Shown here piece after piece: positions 18,664-27,706 of a stretch of 64,000 nucleotides of DNA. Location of the stretch: assembly GCA_026418295.1 (NCBI GenBank), contig JAOABP010000002.1, positions 162,367-226,366 on the forward strand, in the 5' to 3' direction. The number at the start of each line of letters is the position of its first letter. Positions within the stretch are counted from its first letter, which is position 1. Below the pieces are notes generated by a model. The model had not been told where the DNA came from, did not search any database, and saw only the letters and a list, made by a program, of their open reading frames with translations. The translations under genes and the position numbers were made by a program. The DNA is from a candidate division WOR-3 bacterium (GTDB lineage: Bacteria; Hydrothermota; Tepidihabitantia; Tepidihabitantales; Tepidihabitantaceae).

Positions 18664-20263
18664 TGAATTTATTTACCGAAATAACAGTATCAAGTTCAAA
18701 CTTTTCGTCTGGAAATGGATGATCTTGGTTGTAATGTAGTCCGCGTGATTCTTTGCGTATTTGAGAGCAAATGACAATCAGTTGTGCGACGATAAGCATA
18801 TTTTGCATTTCCATCAAGGGTACCGAATTACAACAGCGCGCGACGATAGGTAGCTCGTCTTTCAATCGATTTAATTCGCGAAGAGCTGTATTCAAACCTG
18901 CATCTGATCGGATTATGCCGGCATATTGCCACATTATGTTTCGCAAGCGGTTAGCCAGTGTGAACTGAGCCTGATCCGATATCTCAATAGGGTGTGGAGT
19001 TAGGTAATAACTTAACTGCGGTGCTTTAGGTTTATTTACTGGGGGATATTTCTCAGTCGCACTTATCGCGGCTCGTTCGGCGAATACTAAAGCTTCCAAG
19101 AGCGAATTTGATGCTAGTCGGTTCGCGCCATGTAACCCAGTACACGCGCATTCCCCTGCGCAAAACAATCGGCCAATTGAACTTTCGCCCCAAGAATTAA
19201 CTGCAATCCCGCCACATACATAATGAGCAGCTGGAACTACTGGTATTGGCGTATTTGCAATATCAATACCAAGTTTCATACAGGTTTCATAGATATTAGG
19301 GAATCTCTCGACTAGACGCTCACGAGGTATCATAGTACAATCAAGTAAGACGAACTCGTCGCCTCGTCGAAGCATTTCTGCAGCAATGGCTCTTGCAACG
19401 ATGTCTCGTGGCGCCAATGGACCGTCAGGATGATAGGCACTCATAAACTCTCGTCCGTCACGGGTCTTTAATATTGCTCCCTCCCCTCGTACTGCTTCAG
19501 ATATTAAAAAAACGCGGTCATTAAGTTTGTGGCCATAAAGAGCTGTGGGATGAAATTGTATAAATTCCATGTTGGCTATCAAAGCCCCCGCACGATAAGC
19601 AATGGCAATTCCGTCACCGGTAGCGATTGCGGGATTAGTAGTGTGGCGATATACTTGCCCCACACCACCAGTAGCCAATAAACATGCATTTGCTCTGATT
19701 TTTTTCAACCTGCCTGTCGATTTTTCTAATATCAGCGCCCCAGCACAATTACCATCCTGATCTAACAGAAGGTCAACTGTGAAATGTTCTTCCAGGGTAT
19801 GGATGGTACTGATTGAGCGGACTGCTGCCAAAAGTCCTTTTTCAATTGCCTGCCCTGTTGCGTCTTGGGCATGGACGATCCTTCGTCGACGATGCCCCCC
19901 TTCCCGCCCGAGATCAAATTTTTTTTGTCCCGTAGCATCAATTTTAGTGGAAAATTCAATTCCCAACCTCCATAATTCATTAACAAGTCTTGGCCCTGCA
20001 GATGTTACAATTTCAACAATGTCTGGATGCGCAAGTCCTGCGCCTGCTCGTATCGTATCTTCGTAGTGGAGTCTAGGGGAATCATCTTCAGCAATTGCTG
20101 CAGCGATCCCCCCCTGAGCATAATTTGTATTCGATTCGGCACTGTTTTTTTTAGTAACAATTAGAACTTTTCCAAACTTACCCGCCTTCCAAGCAAACCA
20201 GAGACCTGCTATACCAGAACCTATAACTAGGTAATCTACTGATAGCTCTTCGTCAGGTCTCAT
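18644..20263 (-). CDS. nadB: L-aspartate oxidase NadB
   Basis: FAD-binding motif DYLVIGSGIAGL. Succinate-dehydrogenase / fumarate-reductase flavoprotein-fold motifs are present, including the CAGECACTGLHGANRLASNSL region. 539 aa. Confidence 0.85.
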   Translation of the reverse strand: MRPDEELSVDYLVIGSGIAGLWFAWKAGKFGKVLIVTKKNSAESNTNYAQGGIAAAIAEDDSPRLHYEDTIRAGAGLAHPDIVEIVTSAGPRLVNELWRLGIEFSTKIDATGQKKFDLGREGGHRRRRIVHAQDATGQAIEKGLLAAVRSISTIHTLEEHFTVDLLLDQDGNCAGALILEKSTGRLKKIRANACLLATGGVGQVYRHTTNPAIATGDGIAIAYRAGALIANMEFIQFHPTALYGHKLNDRVFLISEAVRGEGAILKTRDGREFMSAYHPDGPLAPRDIVARAIAAEMLRRGDEFVLLDCTMIPRERLVERFPNIYETCMKLGIDIANTPIPVVPAAHYVCGGIAVNSWGESSIGRLFCAGECACTGLHGANRLASNSLLEALVFAERAAISATEKYPPVNKPKAPQLSYYLTPHPIEISDQAQFTLANRLRNIMWQYAGIIRSDAGLNTALRELNRLKDELPIVARCCNSVPLMEMQNMLIVAQLIVICSQIRKESRGLHYNQDHPFPDEKFELDTVISVNKFNVLEKF

Positions 20264-20264
20264 G

Positions 20265-20939
20265 TTAAAAGTGATACCTTAACTGCATGCCTAAATATGA
20301 AGGAGTTGGAGTAATGTCAATTCTTCGATTCAGGCGTGTTTCGGGTAAAAAGAATACGCAATCAATGAAACTGATTATTCGGTTTAGAACAAGTGCGCTA
20401 ACTAGAAAACTGGCAGCCATACCGGCACTTCTTGCTGATTTTCTGGTTTTCCAAAAGGAAAAGATCCTGATTGAATCGGATTGCCATTCCCATTCCCAAT
20501 GACCATAATATGCATGACTTTGAAAGTACCGTCTTTGGGCATCAGGATCGTCAGGGTATAACTCCCGGGCTTCTTTTTTGATGCTTTCATTGTATTCAGA
20601 TGAACTATTATACCTTTCGAGTGCCCGGTAATATCGCGGATCTTTAGTGGAGATATTTGCACCTGCATATTGACTGGCAATAAGTAATGCATCTTGTTCG
20701 AGGTTAGTCCGGTACCATGATAAAGTTGCCCAGCCCGTCCACAAAATGCCGTCAAGCCACACCATGATTTCCCCGCGTTTTCTTGCATCAGCAAGCAATT
20801 GTCCACTGCCAGGAAGAAGGGCTGATGCTACAATAGCAATTCTTCGACTTGGGGGCTTGATTTCGTTCTGATAAGCAGGTGTTTGCATCATTGCCATGGA
20901 CATTGATAGAAGAACATACATTTTTCCCCCTTTCGTCAC
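20265..20939 (-). CDS. Hypothetical secreted or outer-membrane protein
   Basis: Hydrophobic N-terminus (MYVLLSMSMAMMQTPAYQ). The protein ends ...LRYHF. It has no recognisable catalytic motifs. It is nested between nadB and the upstream repeat-protein gene with 1-4-nt spacing. Confidence 0.3.
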   Translation of the reverse strand: MTKGGKMYVLLSMSMAMMQTPAYQNEIKPPSRRIAIVASALLPGSGQLLADARKRGEIMVWLDGILWTGWATLSWYRTNLEQDALLIASQYAGANISTKDPRYYRALERYNSSSEYNESIKKEARELYPDDPDAQRRYFQSHAYYGHWEWEWQSDSIRIFSFWKTRKSARSAGMAASFLVSALVLNRIISFIDCVFFLPETRLNRRIDITPTPSYLGMQLRYHF

Positions 20940-23719
20940 ATTATTACAACTTTGTATGCAAAATTACGATTATGTTTGTCTTGGATGTTTAAAAAATAGA
21001 TTCCGGGCGCTAGATTATCAATACTAATTGTGGTTTTACCAGTAACATTGATTTTGGACATAAGAGAGCCGCACAAGTTGTAAATACAAATTTTAGTTGC
21101 ATGTCTTAGAGAAAAAGAAATTTTATTTTGCTGTCTTAGGAAAAAAGTTCCTATATTGGGAACTCTTTCTGGTTGGTATTTTGGGTCTTGGTAGGTTAAC
21201 TCCTGAATACCAATAAGGTTCCAATCCGTGACCTTGCAAGAAATATCCCACCCCTGATGACGCCGATTATCAGTCCATGTAAAAATAATGAATTCATTAT
21301 TGGCAATGACGCTTTGACCGACGGTCCAATGAGAATTATTGGGGAATAAATTAGGTTCGTTGATTTTCTGATTATGGCCAATTCTTGTGCCATCTGAACG
21401 AAACCGTTGGCAGAATATTTGAGGATTACCAATATTTTCGAATTCTCCATTAAACATCACGGCCAGACGGCCTGTTTCATCAAATGCGCAGCTCGGTGAG
21501 TAGCAGTCCGAGTGTCCGGGAGGATTATCGTTAACCCTTTCATTAACGCCTATCAGATTGCCAAGTGAATCCAGAAATTGTACATAAATGTCATATGAGC
21601 CGTTACGCTTATCCTCCCATGCTATTGCAATATTCCGATTGTTATCAATTGCACACGCCGGATATGATTGAAGAACATTTTGGCCGTCTAGATTTACTCT
21701 TTTGTTTGACCCGATTTTTTCGCCACGGGGTGTAAATAGCTGGCAGTAGATATCGTAGTTGCCGTTACGGTAATCCATCCAACTAACAACCCAATATCCA
21801 GCAGAATTCATTGCTACGCTCGCGAAAGCTTCTGGGATACTTTCGGGTGTGTCACTAACACGAAATTCGGGTCCAACAGGATTACCATTTTCATCGTATA
21901 ATCGGGCGTAAATTTTAGAAAAAGTTTGTCGATAATCCATCCATACAATAACAGCGCGATTATATGTGTCCATAGCACAGTATGGATACCATTGAGATGC
22001 ACCAATGTTACCTTCGTTAACAAGAAAATTACCGCCTATTTTACTACCGTCATCGTCAAGCAACTGGGCATAAATATCTCCTCCTTGACGGGAATCATGC
22101 CAGCAGACGATAAAACGTTTGTTTCCGCCTGCACTGCTTGGGTAAAAATGCGAGCCAGTTCCGTTTGAATCATCGTTGATGCGGAAATTTTGTGAAATGG
22201 GGGTGCCAAACTTGTTGATAATTGTAGCATAAATATCACAATTCCCATTTCGTTCATCTTCCCAAGCTATTAGTATTCTTTGATTCAAGCGTTCTTGCCC
22301 GACAGAGGAAACTCGTTGGTGAGAACTGTTGGAGTCGTCATTTACTCGAAAATTGATTCCTATTTTATCACCACTCCGTGTGATTCTCTGACAGTATATG
22401 TCAAAATTTCCATTACGTGCATCAGCCCAAGTAATGCAGTAGCCACCATCAGATAAAGCAATTACTGCCGGAGAGATCTGTGAACTGCTGCTCATATCGT
22501 CGTTAATTTTAAATTCGCTACCGATACGAATTCCAGCAGAATTGAATATTTGCGCGTAGATATCGTCATTCCCATTTCGTTTATCAGACCAGACAACGAT
22601 AAACTCGCCGTAGCGGTTGATTGCTACATCTCCCAGTAGTTGATCGGCATCCCCCATATCGCAGTTAACGCGAAAATTAGTATCCACTGGTGTTCCGGAT
22701 GTATCATAGATCTGGGCATAAATATCCCACTGGTTTCTTCTGCGGTCATTCCAGGTAACAACAAAATTACCAGCAGGACCGACGGCAATTCTTGGGGACC
22801 ATTGAATACTTTCCTGAGCTGTTACGCGGAAGTTGTTATCGATGCGCGTGCCATTACAATTAAAGCGCTGGCCATAAATATTCCAGTTTCCGTCTCTTCC
22901 ATCCATCCAGACAACAACAAATCTGTTAGAGTCATCACAGCCGATATCAGGTTCATACTGGTTACCATAATTCAACGGGTCATCATTGATTCGAAAATCA
23001 TTCCCAATGAGTGAACCATCGCGGTTAAGAAATCTGCCATAAATATCTCCAGTAATTCCATTACGACGGTCGTCCCACACGATTAGGCTGATGCCGTTTG
23101 GCACAACAGAAACAGCGGAGATGCTTTGGTCCCCTGCGGCTGTTGAGTCATTAATCCGGAAATTATCCCCCAATCGATTGCCATTACGGTCAAACCGCTG
23201 GGCAAAAATGTCAGAGTTGCCTAGTTGGCGACGATCTTCCCATGTAAATATGAAGTTACCGTTTGGACTCCCGGCCACTGCAGGATCTCCTTGCCAGCCC
23301 ATAGTGATATCAGTATTTACGCGTTGGTTACATCCCAAGGCCACTCCCGAAGAATCATATAATTGATACCAGATATCGGCATCGCCATCCCGAAATTCGT
23401 ACCAACATATTACAAAGCTGTTAACGGAGTTTGAAGCAATCTTGGGCGTTTTTTGAGAACACCCGCCTCTTGAGTCATCGTTAAGTATGAAATCACTTTT
23501 GATTACACTGTCTGTGTCAAAGTTATTTGTGATAGTTTGGTACCTTCTTTTAAATTGACCTGGATGTTCTTCGGCAAATAGTGGGTGGTTAAGATACGAT
23601 ATGGGGGTTCGAGGATTGGTCGAATCATGAACCATGGACGATTGTCGGGATTGAGGATGTTCTGCACTTAAACTGTTAATCGATATTAAAACAGCAGTTA
23701 GACCTGTGAATGGTATCAT
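20936..23719 (-). CDS. Secreted tandem-repeat protein of 927 aa with about 14 copies of a 57-aa repeat and a C-terminal type-A T9SS sorting domain
   Basis: N-terminal signal sequence. The repeat unit recurs about 14 times with the consensus ...G.F.V.W.D.R.GN.DIY.Q.F...G..IG.NFRVNDD......Q..P.IA... Examples are GNSDIFAQRFDRNGNRLGDNFRINDS, GNFDIYCQRITRSGDKIGINFRVNDD and GSYDIYVQFLDSLGNLIGVNERVNDN. C-terminus KICIYNLCGSLMSKI...LAPGIYFLNIQD...YKVVIM is a T9SS C-terminal domain. Confidence 0.6.
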   Translation of the reverse strand: MIPFTGLTAVLISINSLSAEHPQSRQSSMVHDSTNPRTPISYLNHPLFAEEHPGQFKRRYQTITNNFDTDSVIKSDFILNDDSRGGCSQKTPKIASNSVNSFVICWYEFRDGDADIWYQLYDSSGVALGCNQRVNTDITMGWQGDPAVAGSPNGNFIFTWEDRRQLGNSDIFAQRFDRNGNRLGDNFRINDSTAAGDQSISAVSVVPNGISLIVWDDRRNGITGDIYGRFLNRDGSLIGNDFRINDDPLNYGNQYEPDIGCDDSNRFVVVWMDGRDGNWNIYGQRFNCNGTRIDNNFRVTAQESIQWSPRIAVGPAGNFVVTWNDRRRNQWDIYAQIYDTSGTPVDTNFRVNCDMGDADQLLGDVAINRYGEFIVVWSDKRNGNDDIYAQIFNSAGIRIGSEFKINDDMSSSSQISPAVIALSDGGYCITWADARNGNFDIYCQRITRSGDKIGINFRVNDDSNSSHQRVSSVGQERLNQRILIAWEDERNGNCDIYATIINKFGTPISQNFRINDDSNGTGSHFYPSSAGGNKRFIVCWHDSRQGGDIYAQLLDDDGSKIGGNFLVNEGNIGASQWYPYCAMDTYNRAVIVWMDYRQTFSKIYARLYDENGNPVGPEFRVSDTPESIPEAFASVAMNSAGYWVVSWMDYRNGNYDIYCQLFTPRGEKIGSNKRVNLDGQNVLQSYPACAIDNNRNIAIAWEDKRNGSYDIYVQFLDSLGNLIGVNERVNDNPPGHSDCYSPSCAFDETGRLAVMFNGEFENIGNPQIFCQRFRSDGTRIGHNQKINEPNLFPNNSHWTVGQSVIANNEFIIFTWTDNRRHQGWDISCKVTDWNLIGIQELTYQDPKYQPERVPNIGTFFLRQQNKISFSLRHATKICIYNLCGSLMSKINVTGKTTISIDNLAPGIYFLNIQDKHNRNFAYKVVIM

Positions 23720-26700
23720 CGGATAATTGCCAGTTTGGCGAAGCGAATTTGCCGTCGATTTTCAGTGTTGACTTCAAGCTTTACGACATAGATTCCAGGC
23801 GCAAGGTTTTTAAGATTGAGCCATAATTCATTGTCAACAAAAGGACTTGTCGGGGCGGCGATTTCATTAATTACAGGTTCGCCGCTCATGTCTAAAACCG
23901 TGAAGTGTGCAGGAGAAATATTGTGATTCAATCGGAACCTTATGCAGACAGCATCGTTAGCTGGATTTGGATAAAGATAGAATTGATTTATCAATGGACC
24001 AGAATCTGCATTTGGAAAATACGCAGGTGGATATGTCAGTCCGGTATGACAGGGGTCGTGATAGAGGCAACTCCAGTATTCCTTAAAATCAGAGTTTGGC
24101 AGGCTCCAGATATAGAATATGCCACTATCTGAGCCAGCAGCGATTTCCGGGTTGCCATCATTGTTAATGTCTGCATAAAGAGGAGTGGCACTTACAGATG
24201 CTGTAGTCATTAAGGGGAAAAGGTCAAGAAGTGTGCCATCTTTTCCATTAAACCCGAGAATGCCATGCGCCGGCGAACCGATAATAATATCTGGTACATT
24301 GTCATTATTTAACCCGATAATAATGGGCGAGGAACGGAATTCAAAAGGTTTCTCGTAACTAACTATCCAGTTGCCCACCAGTTCTTGAACGGAAAATGTA
24401 GACTCACAACGGAGAGGATAGTTTGTAACTAATGTGGCATTGTAGTTGAAAGCAAAGATTTTATTGCGCGCAGCGCAAATAATATCAAGATAACCATCGG
24501 TATTCATGTCCGCCACTGCCAATGTGCCGGTAAACGGATGTTCTATTAATTCCTGGGATTGATAAATTATAGTTCCGGTCTGTGTGATTAAGTATAATCG
24601 ATACTCATGTTCTCCACCAGCAACTACCGCAATTTCATTTTCACCGTCGCGATTGTAATCTGCGACAACAGGTTGAGCAGATGCATAGAACGGGGAATAA
24701 CCGAGAGTGATAGGAAATCCGGGAACTATGGTTCCATCTTGATTTAACAGCCAAACACGGTGATCTGCTGTGAGAACAACAATTCTGGGGTTCGTTGTAT
24801 CGGTTATTGCCGCTGGCGCTCTGATTTCTGTACCCAAGCGGACAGGAAAACCCGCTATTATTTCTCCGTCAGAGGTAACTGCATACATATTACCATCAGT
24901 TGAACCGATTATTACATCTTTATATCCATCGTGGTTTAGATCGGCAAGAACTGGTGCTGCTATAATGCGGTCTGACGTTCTGAGTGTAGTTTTTAGAAGT
25001 CCAGTCATAGTATAGATTCTAATTTTTCCATCTGTACAGCCAGCCACTATTTCCAGTCCTGAATCGGGTGCTACATCACCTACCGCCAAGTCAGCTGCTA
25101 TTTGAGATCCTGTATTTACAAATGCGCCGTTTGGGAAACGGAAACCATCGCCGTTATATCGCCATGCGAATATTTGGCCTGCGCTGTCGGCAGTAACAAC
25201 CTCCAATGTTCCATCAAAATCTAAATCCACGGCATAAGCCGATTTCAAAGGGCTGTTTCTTTGCAAATCTTTTGGGAAGTTTTGATAATAAAGATCCCAA
25301 TTAACTTTAATTGTTATCAGCGTGTCCTTTAAGGAAGAAAGGGTGTCTCCTTCTCCATATAATTCTACAGAAATAAAACTTTTGCCGACGTAGGCGTCAG
25401 AATTTGGTGTTGTATAAGCATTAAAGCGGTCGTTATAACCCTGTTTGGAAAAAGGATCAAACTTGTAACCATATACTTCATATTGATAATTATAAGTCAA
25501 CCAGTATGGAACATCGAAGTCTTGAATACCATCCGCTTCTTCGAGATCTACGCCTTTGTGTGCGGGGTCAATATTGATAGCATTATAAGGACTATAATCA
25601 GCGATAACTTTTTCATCTATGTGCCAAACAAGGATTCCTGAGCCAGGTAAAAAGAAATCATACTCGTTTGATTCAACCCCAATAACTACACCATCTTCGA
25701 CATCAACGATAATGGTATCCGGTTTGCGGATGTCGGTCTGGCGATTTTCAATTAAGAAGTACTCCTGTTGATTTATCGGTATTTTAATAATTTTCGGATA
25801 GATGCTGTCAGGGCGGCTGGTATATAGGCTAGTATCTATCATGCCTGAATAAACTTTAATTGATTCTGTTGGTGAAGAAATAACTTTAGGAGTGATAAAG
25901 CCCAGAGCAACTCGGTGATATGCATCAAGGGAAGCAGGTAATATCCCCGGAGGCGCTCCAGCACTGTAATCGCCTACCCAACCACCATATCCCATAAGAC
26001 TCCAAGCCCCTACTCCCATTGTCACGCCTGTTACATCATATAAATCATAAGCTCCAAGAAGATGTGCAAATTCATGAGCCAATGTACCAGCTAAGCCCAC
26101 CATTCCAGCGAGATTGATTTCCCCTCTTTCGGTGAGTGTATCTTGTCGCATCATTTCCGGCAATACGGTTGCCTGTTCAATACGCGTTTGGCCTTCATCA
26201 ACTAAAATATAAGGTACACCTAAATAGGCTTCAATTGCTCCTGGGGGGATTTCCCCTGCAAGTAAATCATACGGACTGTCACGTTTACCATCAGCTGCAT
26301 AATCTGATTGAAGGCCGCTGCCAGCGTGAAAGATAATGAATTCATCATAATCGCGGAAATGAATAGCTGTATCGAGGTCTGCTACCTTAAGAGCGTCGTG
26401 CATCAGTCGAACCAGTCCGTACTCAATGCCTTCATATGAAACAGTATCACCATAAAATTGCATTTCTCTCGGCAACTGGTAACATTTTTTTTCTCCAGAA
26501 GGCATAACAGTATAATCAATAAATAATTTGCCTTGCGACTGAGCCAGATAATAGTTTCGCAGACCTTCCATTAATCTTTCAAAGTAGCGTTTGAAATGAG
26601 GTGGATCATAAAAAAGACCCGAATCAGGGGAAAGGAAACCGAATGTGTCCATTTTGCCGTTGCCGGTAGTCAATGGAGTAGTGTCTTCAACAAATTCTAC

Positions 26701-26970
26701 TCTAAGACAGAGTACGCGCACGGTATCAGTTGCACCATAACGCAGTTTGTTAATTCGAATTATGTCTTTGCGGGTCGGGTTAAATCGAAAGCGTTGAAAA
26801 GGTTCAGTTTCCTGTTGCCAAAAGTTCACTGAAGGAATAAGTCTTTTGGTAGTTTCAATATTCCAGATCGATCTTTCGGATTTTGAATTACGAATTAGCC
26901 GCAGGTTTTCTCCCAAACCGAGAGAAAATACAGAAATTAATATCAGAAGTAACAGTTTAAAATTTTTCAT
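23716..26970 (-). CDS. M6-family (immune-inhibitor-A-like) zinc metalloprotease with FG-GAP / VCBS-type repeats and a C-terminal T9SS sorting domain
   Basis: The start is set at MKNFKLLLLILISVFSLG, a signal peptide, at 26970. The ORF-track start at 27093 would run through tRNA-Ser. The HExxH site LAGTLAHEFAHLLGAYDLYD matches the M6 HExxHxxGxxDLYD signature. Five FG-GAP-like calcium-binding repeats are present: DLDFDGTLEVV, ADLNHDGYKDVIIG, ADYNRDGENEIAV, ADMNTDGYLDIICA and ADINNDGNPEIAAG. C-terminus YLYPNPANDAVCIRFRL...GIYVVKLEV is a T9SS C-terminal domain. Confidence 0.65.
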   Translation of the reverse strand: MKNFKLLLLILISVFSLGLGENLRLIRNSKSERSIWNIETTKRLIPSVNFWQQETEPFQRFRFNPTRKDIIRINKLRYGATDTVRVLCLRVEFVEDTTPLTTGNGKMDTFGFLSPDSGLFYDPPHFKRYFERLMEGLRNYYLAQSQGKLFIDYTVMPSGEKKCYQLPREMQFYGDTVSYEGIEYGLVRLMHDALKVADLDTAIHFRDYDEFIIFHAGSGLQSDYAADGKRDSPYDLLAGEIPPGAIEAYLGVPYILVDEGQTRIEQATVLPEMMRQDTLTERGEINLAGMVGLAGTLAHEFAHLLGAYDLYDVTGVTMGVGAWSLMGYGGWVGDYSAGAPPGILPASLDAYHRVALGFITPKVISSPTESIKVYSGMIDTSLYTSRPDSIYPKIIKIPINQQEYFLIENRQTDIRKPDTIIVDVEDGVVIGVESNEYDFFLPGSGILVWHIDEKVIADYSPYNAINIDPAHKGVDLEEADGIQDFDVPYWLTYNYQYEVYGYKFDPFSKQGYNDRFNAYTTPNSDAYVGKSFISVELYGEGDTLSSLKDTLITIKVNWDLYYQNFPKDLQRNSPLKSAYAVDLDFDGTLEVVTADSAGQIFAWRYNGDGFRFPNGAFVNTGSQIAADLAVGDVAPDSGLEIVAGCTDGKIRIYTMTGLLKTTLRTSDRIIAAPVLADLNHDGYKDVIIGSTDGNMYAVTSDGEIIAGFPVRLGTEIRAPAAITDTTNPRIVVLTADHRVWLLNQDGTIVPGFPITLGYSPFYASAQPVVADYNRDGENEIAVVAGGEHEYRLYLITQTGTIIYQSQELIEHPFTGTLAVADMNTDGYLDIICAARNKIFAFNYNATLVTNYPLRCESTFSVQELVGNWIVSYEKPFEFRSSPIIIGLNNDNVPDIIIGSPAHGILGFNGKDGTLLDLFPLMTTASVSATPLYADINNDGNPEIAAGSDSGIFYIWSLPNSDFKEYWSCLYHDPCHTGLTYPPAYFPNADSGPLINQFYLYPNPANDAVCIRFRLNHNISPAHFTVLDMSGEPVINEIAAPTSPFVDNELWLNLKNLAPGIYVVKLEVNTENRRQIRFAKLAIIR

Positions 26971-26996
26971 TCTATAGCCTCTTAAGTCACGGAATG

Positions 26997-27085
26997 CGGA
27001 GAGAGAGGGATTCGAACCCCCGATACCCTGTAAAGGGTATACGTGATTTCGAGTCACGCGCCTTCGTCCACTCGGCCATCTCTCC
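26997..27085 (-). tRNA. tRNA-Ser (anticodon CGA)
   Basis: The reverse complement is GGAGAGA-TG-GCC-GAGTGGACGAA-GGC-G-CGTGA-CTCGAAA-TCACG-(long variable arm TATACCCTTTACAGGGTATC)-GGGGG-TTCGAAT-CCCTC-TCTCTCC-G. The acceptor stem is 7 bp, the TPsiC loop is TTCGAAT, and the long extra arm is typical of class II Ser tRNAs. Anticodon loop CTCGAAA gives CGA. No CCA is encoded. Confidence 0.8.
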
Positions 27086-27089
27086 TGAT

Positions 27090-27566
27090 TCACCTTGTTT
27101 TACGTTTTTTTTGAAAGAAGTTTTTTAGTAATCTGGCTGCTTCGTCGGCTAATATACCTCCGGTAATTTCAAAACAGTGGTTGAATCGCAAATTTCTAAT
27201 TAAATTATACCTTGAATTTAGGCAGCCAAATTTTTCGTCTTGGGTGCCATATACTACTCTTTTGACTCTTGAAAGAAGAAGCGCGCCGGTACACATTAAA
27301 CATGGTTCTACAGTAACATAAGCTGTGGTGTTGAGTAAACGCCAATTTTCCAGAGATCGTGCTGCTGCGGTAATGGCAAGAATTTCTGCGTGTGCAGTTG
27401 GATCTTTAAGCGATTCGGTCAGATTATGTCCCTTGCCTATTATTGTATCGTTAAGTACTATTATACAACCAACAGGAACTTCATTTTCTTCTGCAGCACG
27501 TTGCGCTTCTTGGAGTGCTATCCTCATCCAATATTCGTCATTAACATTAACTTTATTTTCCTTCAC
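27090..27566 (-). CDS. tadA: tRNA-specific adenosine-34 deaminase TadA
   Basis: EYWMRIALQEAQRAAEENEVPVGCIIV, then the zinc ligands HAEILAI and VTVEPCLMCTGAL. About 150 aa. These are the canonical TadA / CDA-fold motifs. Confidence 0.85.
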   Translation of the reverse strand: MKENKVNVNDEYWMRIALQEAQRAAEENEVPVGCIIVLNDTIIGKGHNLTESLKDPTAHAEILAITAAARSLENWRLLNTTAYVTVEPCLMCTGALLLSRVKRVVYGTQDEKFGCLNSRYNLIRNLRFNHCFEITGGILADEAARLLKNFFQKKRKTR

Positions 27567-27589
27567 TTCTTTTGGCTTATGTTATTCCA

Positions 27590-27663
27590 TGCGCCCGGCG
27601 CGATTCGAACGCGCAACCTACGGATTCGTAGTCCGGCACTCTATCCAGTTGAGCTACGGGCGC
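27590..27663 (-). tRNA. tRNA-Arg (anticodon ACG)
   Basis: The reverse complement is GCGCCCG-TA-GCTC-AACTGGATA-GAGT-G-CCGGA-CTACGAA-TCCGT-AGGTT-GCGCG-TTCGAAT-CGCGC-CGGGCGC-A. The acceptor stem is perfect and the T-arm is canonical. Anticodon loop CTACGAA gives ACG. There is one C-U mismatch at the top of the anticodon stem. Confidence 0.75.
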
Positions 27664-27706
27664 ATCTATAGTAATTTTAAGTAATAATCGTGAAAGGTCA
27701 AGTTAT

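Noticed and set aside
26971-27093. The 41-codon N-terminal extension of the M6 protease ORF (MNQERWPSGRRRVTRNHVYPLQGIGGSNPS...) given in the ORF track
   Set aside because: It is the antisense or readthrough translation of tRNA-Ser(CGA) at 26997..27085. A good signal peptide starts at the internal Met at 26970, so the extension is an ORF-calling artefact.
27590-27663. The possibility that tRNA-Arg(ACG) is a pseudo-tRNA because of a C-U mismatch at the first anticodon-stem pair
   Set aside because: The acceptor stem is perfect at 7 bp, the D and T arms are canonical, and the anticodon loop CTACGAA is identical to E. coli tRNA-Arg(ACG). A single stem mismatch is common. It is kept as functional, pending tRNAscan-SE.
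27325-27684. Plus-strand ORFs 27325..27684 and 27390..27671 (119 and 93 aa)
   Set aside because: They lie antisense to tadA and run across tRNA-Arg(ACG). The product is low-complexity and there is no RBS, so they are spurious.
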